Assembly: GCA_002269645.1 (NCBI GenBank)
Contig: NIVC01001826.1
Location: 1-64,000 of the forward strand
Source of the DNA: Macrostomum lignano
Lineage: Eukaryota
Direction: 5' to 3'
DNA length: 64,000 nt
Both the position numbers and the translations under genes were made by a program. The notes under the pieces are model-generated. The model searched no databases and was not told the DNA's origin. It saw nothing but the letters and a program-made list of their open reading frames with translations. Position 1 is the stretch's first letter. Every line of letters begins with the position of its first letter. This document shows positions 49,156-63,054 of this stretch, piece after piece.

Positions 49156-49844
49156 CCCATTCTCTATCTACCAGCTGCAGCGCTTTGATAACTCTGAATA
49201 ATCTGGTTGAAGGCGGGCATGCAAAAGGCGCTCCACATTCCAACAGAATCTATTCAATGCACCTTGCTGAAGAAACTTCCCAAAACTAGATTTGAGCAGG
49301 CGTCCACCGGCAGACTCTGTAGCTACCCAGCAGGCTGATCCCACCCACTAATATTTTGTTGCTGGATACGGCGAGCAGATTTCAAGCGGATTAACAGCAG
49401 AGACTCTGAGACTCCCAATCCCTTGAGAACCCCGGGAGAATTTGATATCCAAGCCAGCGAGTAGTCTGCATGAAGAAAGCTTTCTAAGACGGAGAATTAT
49501 AAGGCTCTGCTAGACTCGAAAACTTTGTGATTATCAAAGATTAGAGAGAGATATTTTCTGCTAAAACGAGTAAAAGAGGCAATAATTTAAAGGCAGAAAA
49601 ACTGACTTTAAGAGAAGAGAATTGAATTGGAAATTGCTAGTAAACATGCTTGAGAGACATTGTCTACTTACCAATTAAGCTTTTCATAAGTGGTACGAAG
49701 GTATTTTGACTCAGAGCCAGAAATGAGACAAGTGAGCATTTGTGCAAAGTTGACTTTTTAGTTAGAAAATACTGCTTTCAGCTATCGAAAACAGTCTGAC
49801 CTACAGGCGGACAGGCAGACACTGACACTAAGACAGACATAGAG

Positions 49845-50020
<176 letters not shown>

Positions 50021-50555
50021 ACAGGCGTCAGTAAAGGGACAACAGTACTCAAGCGCAGGTAAGAATTGAGGAACAGAGCAATGCAAAGCACAAAAAGCAG
50101 TCCAGAGCGAGACTCATGCTAAAGAATCGATCCACAGAAAAGAATATCCTGCCTCCTGTTGCATGCACCCAAACGCTAAGTTCTATAAAAAAACTTGTTC
50201 GTCTTCCCTGAAATTGAGAGAAACTTTCATGGATTTTCTTGCCCGGGAAAGGCAGCAGACTGAGCTGCAACCTGCCAGTTAAAACCAACTCATTGCTACT
50301 AAGCTGACACGATGTTTTTTTGCTTGACTTTCTTCGCATCCGAAGCAAATGCAACGTCAAAGTCAGTCCAGATAATGGCAAGGAGCTAAAAGGAGGCGAT
50401 AGACCGATGGGTGGGGGGAAAATTTGGCACTCTGCTGAGTAAACACGGGAGTGCAAGGCGGCTGCACTTCCTGCTTTTATGAAGCAAAGAAATTTAGAAA
50501 TGTTCCTCTGCTCACCGATCTCACAGGAAAGAATCTACAAATTTGATGTAGCTGA

Positions 50556-51252
<697 letters not shown>

Positions 51253-51256
51253 CCGG

Positions 51257-51300
51257 CCAATCAGACTGCAGCCAATCAGGCCGGCTCCCATCTGGATAAA
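51257..51300 (+). promoter_or_regulatory. Probable core promoter of the neuropeptide gene: two CCAAT boxes and a TATA-like GATAAA
   Basis: CCAAT at 51257-51261 and 51272-51276, GATAAA at 51295-51300, about 110 nt before the ATG. Confidence 0.45.
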
Positions 51301-51407
51301 GGCCACTACCCCATCCTCGAGCAGTCAGCTTCCCCGCTGCATCTATTGGAGTCTCACTCTCTATACTGAGCAGAACAGCCTGAGCAGTCGTTAGAACTGA
51401 AGCCGCA

Positions 51408-51767
51408 ATGTCCGCAGTCTCCGTTCTGGTCGTATCGGCCGCGCTACTAATTGGCGCCACTCTAGCGGCCCCAGCCTCCCGGGTGCCTCATCACGGCTAC
51501 GAAAGTCGCCAGCCGCATCGCCTGGCTGACGAAGGCCTCGAGGAGGTCACGGAGCCTGGCCGCCAGTTCCCCGGCTTCGAGCTGACGCCGGCCCAGATGC
51601 AACTCCTGGCCGACGCTCTAGTCGAAATGTCGCAGAGCTCGGAGGCTGAGCTGCCCAATCGCTACGGCATTCTGCCGGCGCGCGGCCGCGGCGCCAACAA
51701 GAAGCGCCAATTTTATCCTCTGCGCGGAAAGAAGCGCGGCGGCATCTTCCACCCGCTGAGGGGCTGA
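51408..51767 (+). CDS. Neuropeptide precursor (119 aa) with predicted amidated peptides pQFYPLRa, GGIFHPLRa and possibly YGILPARa
   Basis: ATG with hydrophobic signal peptide (MSAVSVLVVSAALLIGATLA), acidic spacer, then KKR-QFYPLRG-KKR-GGIFHPLRG-stop: basic cleavage sites plus Gly amidation donors. GC-rich codon style like other exons; AATAAA at 51800-51805. Confidence 0.88.
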   Translation: MSAVSVLVVSAALLIGATLAAPASRVPHHGYESRQPHRLADEGLEEVTEPGRQFPGFELTPAQMQLLADALVEMSQSSEAELPNRYGILPARGRGANKKRQFYPLRGKKRGGIFHPLRG

Positions 51768-52189
51768 AGCCGCCCCCGCCCACCCGACCTCATCCAAGAA
51801 ATAAACTTCTGAGCAAACTTCTGAGTTGTAACAGAAAGCTCACTACCCCAGCAACAACAATTCCCATCAAATGTTTTGTGCGCCATCTCTGTCAATTTTC
51901 CAGTTGTCTCAAGTTGCGAAAAAACAAGAAAAATACAAAATTGACTCCCCGTCGCCGATAAAGTGCGCGCTTGGAATTCGAATATTAAGGCGCATAGCAA
52001 CTGAACCCGCAGAGTGCTTGTTTATCTTCTTTTACGATGCAAAACCTGCCAAAAACATGCTTTTAATTTTTTCAGCAATTATAGTTTCTGCTTTTTTACT
52101 GTGCGGCTTCTGCCGATGATTAAAGGTGGAATGAGAGAGAAATATGGCGCACACAGCTTTCAGGTAGTGGCGGCAAGCTTAGGAAAGTG

Positions 52190-53412
52190 GCACTCGATAT
52201 TAGGGAAAGTGGCACCCGATATTAGGAAAGTGACACTCAACATTAGAAAAGTGGCACTCGATATTATGAAAGTGACACTCAACGTTAGGAAAGCGGCACC
52301 CGACATTAGGAAAGTGACACTCAACGTTAGGAAAGCGGCACCCGACATTAGGAAAGTGATACTCAATATTAGAAAAGTGGCACTCGATATTAGGAAAGTG
52401 ACACTCAACATTAAGAAAGTGGCACTCGATATTATGAAAGTGACACTCAACATTAGGAAAGCGGCACCCGATATTAGGAAAGTGACACTCAACGTTAGGA
52501 AAGCGGCACCCGACATTAGGAAAGTGATACTCAATATTAGAAAAGTGGCACTCGATATTAGGAAAGTGACACTCAACATTAAGAAAGTGGCACTCGATAT
52601 TATGAAAGTGACACTCAACATTAGGAAAGCGGCACCCGATATTAGGAAAGTGACACTCAACGTTAGGAAAGCGGCACTCGATATTAGGAAAGTGGCACCC
52701 GACATTAAAAAAGTGGCACCCGATATTATGAAAGTGACACTCAACATTAGGAAAGCGGCACCCGATATTAGGAAAGTGACACTCAACATTAGGAAAGTGG
52801 CACCCGATATTAGGAAAGTGACACTCAACGTTAGGAAAGCGGCACCCGACATTAGGAAAGTGACACTCAATATTAGGAAAGCGGCACCCGATATTAGGAA
52901 AGTGACACTCAACGTTAGGAAAGCGGCACCCGACATTAGGAAAGTGACACTCAACATTAGGAAAGTGGCACCCGATATTAGGAAAGTGACACTCAACGTT
53001 AGGAAAGCGGCACCCGACATTAGGAAAGTGACACTCAACATTAGGAAAGCGGCACCCGACATTAGGAAAGTGACACTCAATATTAGGAAAGCGGCACCCG
53101 ATATTAGGAAAGTGACACTTAACGTTAGGAAAGCGGCACCCGACATTAGGAAAGTGACACTCAACATTAGGAAAGCGGCACCCGACATTAGGAAAGTGAC
53201 ACTCAACGTTAGGAAAGCGGCACCCGACATTAGGAAAGTGATACTCAATATTAGAAAAGTGGCACTCGATATTATGAAAGTGACACTCAACATTAAGAAA
53301 GCGGCACCCGATATTAGGAAAGTGACACTCAACATTAGGAAAGCGGCACCCGATATTAGGAAAGTGACACTCAACATTAGGAAAGCGGCACCCGACATTA
53401 GGAAAGTGGCCC
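52190..53412. repeat. 21-bp minisatellite of two alternating variants (AGGAAAGTGACACTCAACATT / AGGAAAGCGGCACCCGACATT)
   Basis: Directly visible. Confidence 0.94.
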
Positions 53413-53704
53413 TCGATCTGCTACTTGAATTCAATAATATTTTGATTAGGTCAGCAAGAGTACAATCCAATAGCTACTTTTCCCGTGTTTGAGGCGCGTC
53501 ACAAAGAACAGAAAAGAAATGTAGCAAGCAGAAAAAGAGAATAGCGGACGGCAGTACTAAAAGAATGAAACCAGATTACCATTGCTAAATTGCATACTGT
53601 TTATTTTTCTTCCTGTAAAATGGGGCCGGGTGATCTTGTATCATCTTCAAACCCTGTGTAGCCCATTCTCTCAGACTAGAACTGGGATCTAAATGGCAGT
53701 GAAA

Positions 53705-54075
53705 GGAGAGATTATAGACTAGATATGACTAGAGATGAGATCTATGTGAGAGTGAGAAGAGATTAGACTAGATATTACATCTATGTGAGAGTGTGAAGAG
53801 ATTAGACTAGATATTACATTTACATGAGATTAGATAAGGATATAGACTAGACTAGACTAGAGACTAAGATCTATGTGAGATAAGAAAAAGAGATTAGGCA
53901 ATGAGATTAGATCTACATGAGATTAGATAAAGAGATTAGACTCGAGATTAGATCTACATAAAATTAGACAAGAGGATTAGGCTATAAGCTTAGATCTACG
54001 AGATTAGACAAAGAGATTAGGCTAAAAGAATAGATCTACATGAGATAAGACGATGAGATTAGGCAATGAGATCTA
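53705..54075. repeat. Degenerate GAGATTAGA/TAGATCTAC repeat
   Basis: Visible, diverged. Confidence 0.65.
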
Positions 54076-54569
54076 TCTGCTCGAGCACCCAAGCCTTGCC
54101 TGACAAAGTTTAGTGTAAGGATTAGCTATCTCAACTACAAGTAGATACTTTCTTTCCTACTCGCTGAAAGATCGCCAAACTTGGGATTATGGTAGAGTTG
54201 GAGTTGAAGCTGTAGCTCATGAGCCGAGAAAAAGGCTTTTTTGCGCCAAGAAGTGTTAATGAGATCTGACAGCCTTTGTGCCTCTTTTTGCGTTTTTTTC
54301 AAAGGCATGAGAATTTTTTTAGGGCAGAACGCGTCAAAAAAATCTGTGACAGGAGTGGCTGCTGCTCTCTTTTCAGGCGGCTTTTGCCTGCTTCGGTTTT
54401 AAGGGAATTTACACCTGAGCGGATCTTGATGTAGTACTGAAAATTTTGGGCAAAAAATACAGATATTCAACTACAGATTTAGTTACAGTCTATAAGGCTC
54501 GCGAATCAGTGGCATGAGTCCATGTCTGTTCATACAATATCTATGGACTCGTGTGACTTTAAATCGACT

Positions 54570-55428
54570 CGAAATCTATAGACTTGCAAGTCAAATCTAC
54601 TCTAGATCTATAGATTCGTGTGACTCTATATCTACTCAGATAGATCTATAGACTTGCAAGTCAAATCTACTCTAGAGCTGTACACTCGCAAGTCAAGGCC
54701 TACTTGAGATCTATAGACTCGCAAGTCTAGATCTACTCTGGATCTATAGACTCGCAAGTCAAGATCTACTCTGGATCTATAGGCTCGCAAGTCTAGATCT
54801 ACTCTGGATCTATAGACTCGCAAGTCAAGATTTACTCTGGATCTATAGGCTCGCAAGTCAAGATCTACTCTGGATCTATAGACTCGCAAGTCAAGATCTA
54901 CTCTGGATCTATAGACTCGCAAGTCAAGATCTACTCTGGATCTATAGACTAGCAAGTCAAGATCTACTCTGGATCTATAGACTCGCAAGTCAAGATCTAC
55001 TCTGGATCTATAGACTCGCAAGTCAAAATCTACTCTGGATCTATAGACTTGCAAGTCAAGATCTACTCTGGATCTATAGACTCGCAAGTCAAGATCTACT
55101 CTGGATCTATAGACTCGCAAGTCAAGATCTACTCTGGATCTATAGGCTCGCAAGTCAAGATCTACTCTAAATTTATTGACTTGCAAGTCAAGATCTACTC
55201 TGGATCTATAGACTCGCAAGTCAAGATCTACTCTGGATCTATAGACTCGCAAGTCAAGATCTACTCTGGATCTATAGACTCGCAAGTCAAGATCTACTCT
55301 GGATCTATAGGCTCGCAAGTCAAGATCTACTCTAAATTTATTGACTTGCAAGTCAAGATCTACTCTGGATCTATAGACTCGCAAGTCAAGATCTACTCTA
55401 AATTTATTGACTTGCAAGTCAAGATCTT
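54570..55428. repeat. 33-bp minisatellite GATCTACTCTGGATCTATAGACTCGCAAGTCAA
   Basis: Directly visible. Confidence 0.94.
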
Positions 55429-55814
55429 CCTGAAGGCACAAAGAACGCACTCTAGTGCTGTTCCAAGCAGCCTCACTAGTTCTGTCATCATTAGACTAAT
55501 TGACTCCATAGCTGCTATCGATTTGCAATCACAGTTGCAATTCTAGCAATTATTCTAGCAAATCTATTCAGCTAACAAAAGATTGTTACTGCAATTTGAC
55601 TATCTGTAGTTGGTCATTTAATGAAACGAAAAAAGCGAAACAAAACATTTGTGTTCGTTACAGTTCCGCTCATTGATCTGTCTGCTTATTTAGATAGATA
55701 TAAATGATACACGGCGCTGTAGCAGGTGATGTCCGTGTCTGACAAGTGATTTTCATGTCTGACAAGTGATGTTCGTGTCTGACTAGTTGTGTCAGTGTCT
55801 GACAAGTGATATCC

Positions 55815-58033
55815 CTATCAATAAGGTGACATCCTTATCAATCAGGTGACATCCTAATCAATCAGGTGACATCCTTATCAATTAGGTGACATCCTAATCA
55901 ATCAGGTGACATCCTTATCAATTAGGTGACATCCTTATCAATCAGGTGACATCCTTATCAATCAGGTGACATCCTAATCAATCAGGTGACATCCTAATCA
56001 ATCAGGTGACATCCTAATCAATCAGGTGACATTCTAATCAATCAGGTGACATCCTTATCAATCAGTTGACATCCTAATCCATCAAATGACGTCCTTATCA
56101 ATTAGGTGACATCCTTATCAATCAGGTGACATCCTAATCAATCAGGTGACATCCTTATCAATCAGGTGACATCCTTATCAATCAGGTGACATCCTAATCA
56201 ATCAGGTGACATCCTAATCAATCAGGTGACATCCTAATCAATCAGGTGACATCCTAATCAATCAGGTGACATCCTAATCAATCAGGTGACATCCTAATCA
56301 ATCAAATGACATCCTTATCAATCAGGTGACATCCTAATCAATCAGGTGACATCCTAATCAATCAGGTGACATCCTTATCAATCAAATGACATCCTTATCA
56401 ATCAGGTGACATCCTAATCAATCAGGTGACATCCTAATCAATCAGGTGACATCCTAATCAATCAAATGACATCCTTATCAATCAGGTGACATCCTAATCA
56501 ATCAGGTGACATCCTAATCAATCAGGTGACATCCTAATCAATCAGGTGACATCCTAATCAATCAAATGACATCCTTATCAATCAGGTGACATCCTAATCA
56601 ATCAGGTGACATCCTAATCAATCAGCTGACATCCTAATCAATCAGGTGACATCCTAATCAATCAGGTGACATCCTAATCAATCAAATGACATCCTTATCA
56701 ATCAGGTGACATCCTAATCAATCAGGTGACATCCTAATCAATCAGGTGACATCCTAATCAATCAAATGACATCCTTATCAATCAGGTGACATCCTAATCA
56801 ATCAGGTGACATCCTAATCAATCAGGTGACATCCTAATCAATCAAATGACATCCTTATCAATCAGGTGACATCCTAATCAATCAGGTGACATCCTAATCA
56901 ATCAGGTGACATCCTAATCAATCAGGTGACATCCTAATCAATCAAATGACATCCTTATCAATCAGGTGACATCCTAATCAATCAGGTGACATCCTAATCA
57001 ATCAGGTGACATCCTTATCAATCAGGTGACATCCTAATCAATCAGGTGACATCCTTATCAATCAGGTGACGTCCTAATCAATCAGGTGACATCCTAATCA
57101 ATCAGGTGACATCCTTATCAATCAAATGACATCCTTATCAATCAGGTGACATCCTTGTCAATCAGGTGACATCCTTGTCAATCAGGTGACATCCTTGTCA
57201 ATCAGGTGACATCCTAATCAATCAGCTGACATCCTAATCAATCAGGTGACATCCTAATCAATCAGGTGACATCCTAATCAATCAGGTGACATCCTAATCA
57301 ATCAGGTGACATCCTAATCAATCAGGTGACATCCTAATCAATCAGGTGACATCCTTATCAATCAGGTGACATCCTAATCAATCAGGTGACATCCTAATCA
57401 ATCAGGTGACATCCTAATCAATCAGGTGACATCCTTATCAATCAGGTGACATCCTAATCAATCAGGTGACATCCTAATCAATCAGGTGACATCCTTATCA
57501 ATCAGGTGACATCCTAATCAATCAGGTGACATCCCTATCAATCAGGTGACATCCTTATCAATCAGGTGACATCCTAATCCATCAAATGACATCCTTATCA
57601 ATCAGTTGACATCCTAATCCATCGAATGACATCCTTATCAATCAGGTGACATCCTAATCAATCAGGTGACATCCTAATCAATCAGGTGACATCCTAATCA
57701 ATCAGGTGACATCCTAATCAATCAGGTGACATCCTAATCAATCAGGTGACATCCTAATCAATCAGGTGACATCCTTATCAATCAGGTGACATCCTAATCA
57801 ATCAGGTGACATCCTTATCAATCAGGTGACATCCTAATCAATCAGGTGACATCCTAATCAATCAGGTGACATCCTTATCAATCAGGTGGCATCCTTGTCA
57901 ATCAGGTGACATCCTAATCAATCAGGTGACATCCTTATCAATCAGGTGACATCCTTATCAGTCAGGTGACATCCTAATCAATCAGGTGACATCCTTATCA
58001 GTCAGGTGACATCCTAATCAATCAGGTGACATC
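55815..58033. repeat. 20-bp minisatellite ATCAGGTGACATCCT(A/T)ATCA, about 2.2 kb
   Basis: Directly visible. Confidence 0.97.
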
Positions 58034-58803
58034 CGATCTTTGAGTAAAAGGTGATACATTTATCTAACAGGTAATGCCACTAGTAAAATGTAATTTTGAG
58101 TGCAATAGTTAGTATTCCTAATGAAAACATCAGTGTTCATGCACCTGAATCTGTCTGTAACCCTATTTCGCTTTATTCGCGCGCAGCCAAGAAGCACAAA
58201 AGAAGAACTGGATTTCACCGACTCGCTTTCAGGCAGAAGAAACGTGACCAGAAGCAAAAGCAAACATACAAGATTTTCAAAATCAACGGACAACACAAGC
58301 TACTCTCCTCGAGAGCTCGGCTTGACCAATTCCCTCATCTGAAGATGAAGCAGGAATTCTGCTTGAAAAAATTCAAAAAGCAGCCGAGAAGCAAACAGGA
58401 AAGCAACAGAATGCATGGTCATTAGCGTAATAAAACAGTTTCTTTGATAGGAATAATCTTTTTTCGGGGATATTTTTCCCACGGCCATATAGGTTGTACA
58501 AGCCATGCAGGGCCCGTTGCACTTTAACTAAGATTAATGCAGCTCAAATAAAGATTATTGTGTTATAGTTATAAATATAGACACCTGGTTCCCCTCTGAG
58601 CAGTTGAACAAACTTCCAGATGAGCAAATGTAGATTCTGCATTGCAAGGATTTGCTCAAATCTTTTTTCTTCTTGAGTAGCTAATGCATTGGGTAAACAG
58701 GAAATATAGAAAAATACATCATGATACAATGAGATGGATATAGAAGCAAGAAGTTCTATTTCATTTTTGAAATATGCATGGATGTGCGTGGATGTGTGGT
58801 ACC

Positions 58804-59500
58804 ACTGCTCTTGGTACAGGGTACACACTGCTCTTGGTACAGGGTATACACTGCTCTTGGTACAGGGTACATACTGCTCTTGGTACAGGGTACACACTGC
58901 TCTTGGTACAGGGTACACACTGCTCTTGGTACAGGGTATACACTGCTCTTGGTACAGGGTACATACTGCTCTTGGTACAGGGTACACACTGCTCTTGGTA
59001 CAGGGTACACACTGCTCTTGGTACAGGGTATACACTGCTCTTGGTACAGGGTACATACTGCTCTTGGTACAGGGTACACACTGCTCTTGGTACAGGGTAC
59101 ACACTGCTCTTGGTACAGGGTACACACTGCTCTTGGTACAGGGTATACACTGCTCTTGGTACAGGGTACACACTGCTCTTGGTACAGGGTATACACTGCT
59201 CTTGGTACAGGGTATACACTGCTCTTGGTACAGGGTATACACTGCTCTTGGTACAGGGTACACACTGCTCTTGGTACAGGGTATACACTGCTCTTGGTAC
59301 AGGGTATACACTGCTCTTGGTACAGGGTATACACTGCTCTTGGTACAGGGTATACACTGCTCTTGGTACAGGGTATACACTGCTCTTGGTACAGGGTACA
59401 CACTGCTCTTGGTACAGGGTACACACTGCTCTTGGTACAGGGCACACACTGCTCGTGGTACAGGGCACACACTGCTCGTGGTACAGGGCACACACTGCTC
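58804..59500. repeat. 23-bp minisatellite ACTGCTCTTGGTACAGGGTA(C/T)AC
   Basis: Directly visible. Confidence 0.95.
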
Positions 59501-60039
59501 TAATTAAAACAATACAAAGTAGTGTTCTGAATACAGTAATGTGCATCACTAAGGTGTCCGTTAGAAAAACGGGCAGAGATTCAATTCATAAATAAAACAT
59601 GAAGCACTTTGGCAAATGGGTAGTATGTGCTGTTTATCTACTGAATCAGACAGAATATTCAATCAGCTCTGGCTGAATTTGAGTTCATACAAAGCCATAA
59701 GAGCGAAATAAATATGTATTGACTTCTTCAGTCAAATTTTAAAAGGCCGAACTGAACCAGATCAGAGAAAGTCAAAATATCTCCGCAAACTGGTACAAAA
59801 ACGGTAAAGTATAACTGTCTATCTACAGTATGTTTATTTAAAACCGATCAACTGCCATTCAGACCTGCCATTCAATTTTGACAAGTTTTTTCCACCTAAC
59901 CCATGCGTGTAACCCATTGCTCTGGTGACTTTCCTAGAAATCATGCCCTCCTGCCAGCTGTGTAGCCTCTGCCTCTGCACACAAGCCCGCCAACATCACT
60001 TCCTGACTGAGTATACTCATCCTTTACTATCATTCAGGG

Positions 60040-61485
60040 GCTTCTCTACCCACCCTTCACGTCCCGTCCTTCAGTACCGTCTCTACCCACCCTTCACGTC
60101 CCGTCCTTCAGGACCGTCTCTACCCTCCCTTCACTGTCCTTCAGTACTGTCTCTACCCTCCCTTCACCGTCCTTCAGGACCGTCTCTACCCTCCCTTCAC
60201 CGTCCTTCAGGACCGTCTCTACCCTCCCTTCACCGTCCTTCAGGACCGTCTCTACCCTCCCTTCACCGTCCTTCAGGACCGTCTCTACCCTCCCTTCACC
60301 GTCCTTCAGGGAAATCTCTACCCTATCCCTTCACCGTCCTTCAGGGAAATCTCTACCCTCCCTTCACCGTCCTTCAGGGAAATCTCTACCCTCCCTTCAC
60401 CGTCCTTCAGGGAAATCTCTACCCTCCCTTCACTGTCCTTCAGGGAAATCTCTACCCTCCCTTCACCGTCCTTCAGGGAAATCTCTACCCGATCCCTTCA
60501 CCGTCCTTCAGGGACATCTCTACCCTCCCTTCACCGTCCTTCAGGGAAATCTCTACCCGATCCCTTCACCGTCCTTCAGGGACATCTCTACCCTCCCTTC
60601 ACCGTCCTTCAGGGAAATCTCTACCCTATCCCTTAACCGTCCTTCAGAGAAATCTCTACCCGATCCCTTCACCGTCCTTCAGGGACATCTCTACCCTCCC
60701 TTCACCGTCCTTCAGGGAAATCTCTACCCTATCCCTTCACCGTCCTTCAGGGACATCTCTACCCTCCCTTCACCGTCCTTCAGGGAAATCTCTACCCTAT
60801 CCCTTCACCGTCCTTCAGAGAAATCTCTACCCGATCCCTTCACCGTCCTTCAGGGAAATCTCTACCCTCCCTTCACCGTCCTTCAGAGAAATCTCTACCC
60901 GATCCCTTCACCGTCCTTCAGAGAAATCTCTACCCTCCCTTCACCGTCCTTCAGGGAAATCTCTACCCTATCCCTTCACCGTCCTTCAGAGAAATCTCTA
61001 CCCGATCCCTTCACCGTCCTTCAGAGAAATCTCTACCCGATCCCTTCACCGTCCTTCAGAGAAATCTCTACCCGATCCCTTCACCGTCCTTCAGGGAAAT
61101 CTCTACCCGATCCCTTCACCGTCCTTCAGAGAAATCTCTACCCCATCCCTTCACCGTCCTTCAGAGAAATCTCTACCCGATCCCTTCACCGTCCTTCAGA
61201 GAAATCTCTACCCGATCCCTTCACCGTCCTTCAGAGAAATCTCTACCCGATCCCTTCACCGTCCTTCAGGGAAATCTCTACCCTCCCTTCACCGTCCTTC
61301 AGAGAAATCTCTACCCGATCCCTTCACCGTCCTTCAGAGAAATCTCTACCCGATCCCTTCACCGTCCTTCAGGGAAATCTCTACCCTCCCTTCACCGTCC
61401 TTCAGAGAAATCTCTACCCGATCCCTTCACCGTCCTTCAGAGAAATCTCTACCCGATCCCTTCACCGTCCTTCAGGGACATCTCT
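60040..61485. repeat. 31-32-bp minisatellite CCCTTCACCGTCCTTCAG(G/A)GAAATCTCTACC
   Basis: Directly visible. Confidence 0.95.
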
Positions 61486-62511
61486 AACCTCCCTTCCAAC
61501 TTTATCAGGGGCATCTCTACCCTTCCTTCACCTGCTTTCAGAGATCACAGGCATTAGCAATAAGATAAGAAAACAGTTGTTTATCCTTCGAAAACTACTA
61601 CAGCAACCCTGTGCATGTATGAGTTCTGTCTCTAAAATTTACTATACTTCTCTTTCTCTCGTGTGCATTTTGCGGTTTTCAGCCCTGTCGCTGCTTTTCG
61701 GCCGTGTGATGTCGGATGGCCCCTATGCTAATACCGCAATCTATCAGCTACTAGCGCCTGGCTAAAATTAATTATTTATTAATCTCGTCTCGTTGGAGCA
61801 CCCAGCTTTATATAATAGCCGAAGAGAAATAAGAAGAAAGTAATAAAAGGAACAGAATATCTTCTACAACTACATGTTACACGAAGTAATATATCATGAC
61901 ACTGCTACCTTGACTTTTACTTTTGTAATTGGTAGACTGGCACTTTCTATCTACTAAAAGCACGCATGTAGCAAGAGTAGTTAGGGAAAGAAAAGAAGTT
62001 GATGTTTTAATCGTTATTAGCGATTGAGTGGATTTGTCATCAACATTTTGCTTTTACTATTCATAAAAACGCGTACTTTTTACTATTGTTTATTATTGTT
62101 ATGCCAAAAGTTCTTTCTCTCAAAAACTCAAAACAACCATGCAACAGAGCCGGCAAGGCAAAGCTCAATATAATTAAAAAATCTGTTTCGACAAAAGAGT
62201 GAAGAGTCATGTCTTTCAGAACTACAGTCGGATCGGATCGCAATCGGATGCTTTAGCAAATAACAAAGCATACTTTTTGTCTTTTTGTAACATTAAACAA
62301 TTTTTGTTGGACCAGTTGAATATTTCAAGTGAAAAACTGACAGTTTAAAAATGCTGGCTGACAGGGAATATAATTAAAGCGTCTTTTCTTAGAAAGAAAA
62401 GGGATACTTATATAAATTGGGGTTTTCGATTGAACAGCAAAAATGTACATATTATTTAACTGTCACTATAGTCTAGAAGCCAACCAATGAATGTACACCA
62501 CCAATGTACAG

Positions 62512-63054
62512 TTAACCGTGCAACAGAGCTAGAAATAGTTCTGTTCCCTGAGCCTCTCTCTTGCCTGCTGCAAGAGCTGCTAGATAGCTGCTATCTAGAT
62601 AGCTGCAGTCTAGATAGCTGCTAGACTGACCGTATTGAGCATAATAAGCCTGCTGCTGCTGGTGATATTGCTCCTGGTACTGATGCTGCAGCGGACAGGA
62701 GCGATGATACTGACTAAGATTGTACGCCTGCGGCTGCTGATAGCCGGCAACTGGATGCTGATGCTGCTGATTGTTTGGCCACGAATTGGCCGCAGCTGCC
62801 GCCGCCGCTGCAGCAGCCGCCGCCGCGGCAGCCCATCCGTGAGCAGACCGGCCAGTGTAGGAAGCTGCCGCAGCTGCCTGACGCCGGTACACCAGCTGTT
62901 GGTGACTCTCGAAGCCCTGCGCGAAAGCTTCCAGTTGGCGTTGGAAGCTACAGTCTGTGCCGCGGCCACTGCCGCCACCGGCGCCAATTTTGAAGGCCGA
63001 ATCGTAGTAGCGCTCTCGTTTGCGCCATTTGGCTCGCCGGTTTTTAAACCAGAT
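62512..63054 (-). CDS. PITX: Pitx-type paired-like (K50) homeobox gene, terminal coding exon (upstream exons right of the window)
   Basis: Acceptor tttccgctccctcccatgcatacgcgcag| followed by IWFKNRRAKWRKRERY. WFKNRRAKWRKRER is diagnostic of Pitx, and the intron lies at the conserved homeodomain 46/47 position. Open frame of 181 codons to the stop at 62512. Confidence 0.88.
   Translation of the reverse strand: MWFKNRRAKWRKRERYYDSAFKIGAGGGSGRGTDCSFQRQLEAFAQGFESHQQLVYRRQAAAAASYTGRSAHGWAAAAAAAAAAAAAAANSWPNNQQHQHPVAGYQQPQAYNLSQYHRSCPLQHQYQEQYHQQQQAYYAQYGQSSSYLDCSYLDSSYLAALAAGKREAQGTELFLALLHG

Noticed and set aside
52014-53492. 492-aa ORF with heptad-like IRKVTLN/IRKAAPD repeats, plus a 436-aa antisense ORF
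   Set aside because: It is a 21-bp satellite that lacks stops by chance and is open on both strands. There is no convincing ATG context, signal peptide or non-repeat domain.
58060-58506. Short overlapping ORFs with moderate GC content
   Set aside because: There is no consistent frame or homology; possibly a decayed element.
58544-61487. Long ORFs of 240-520 aa
   Set aside because: They are fully explained by the 23-bp and 31-32-bp tandem arrays, with several frames and both strands open.
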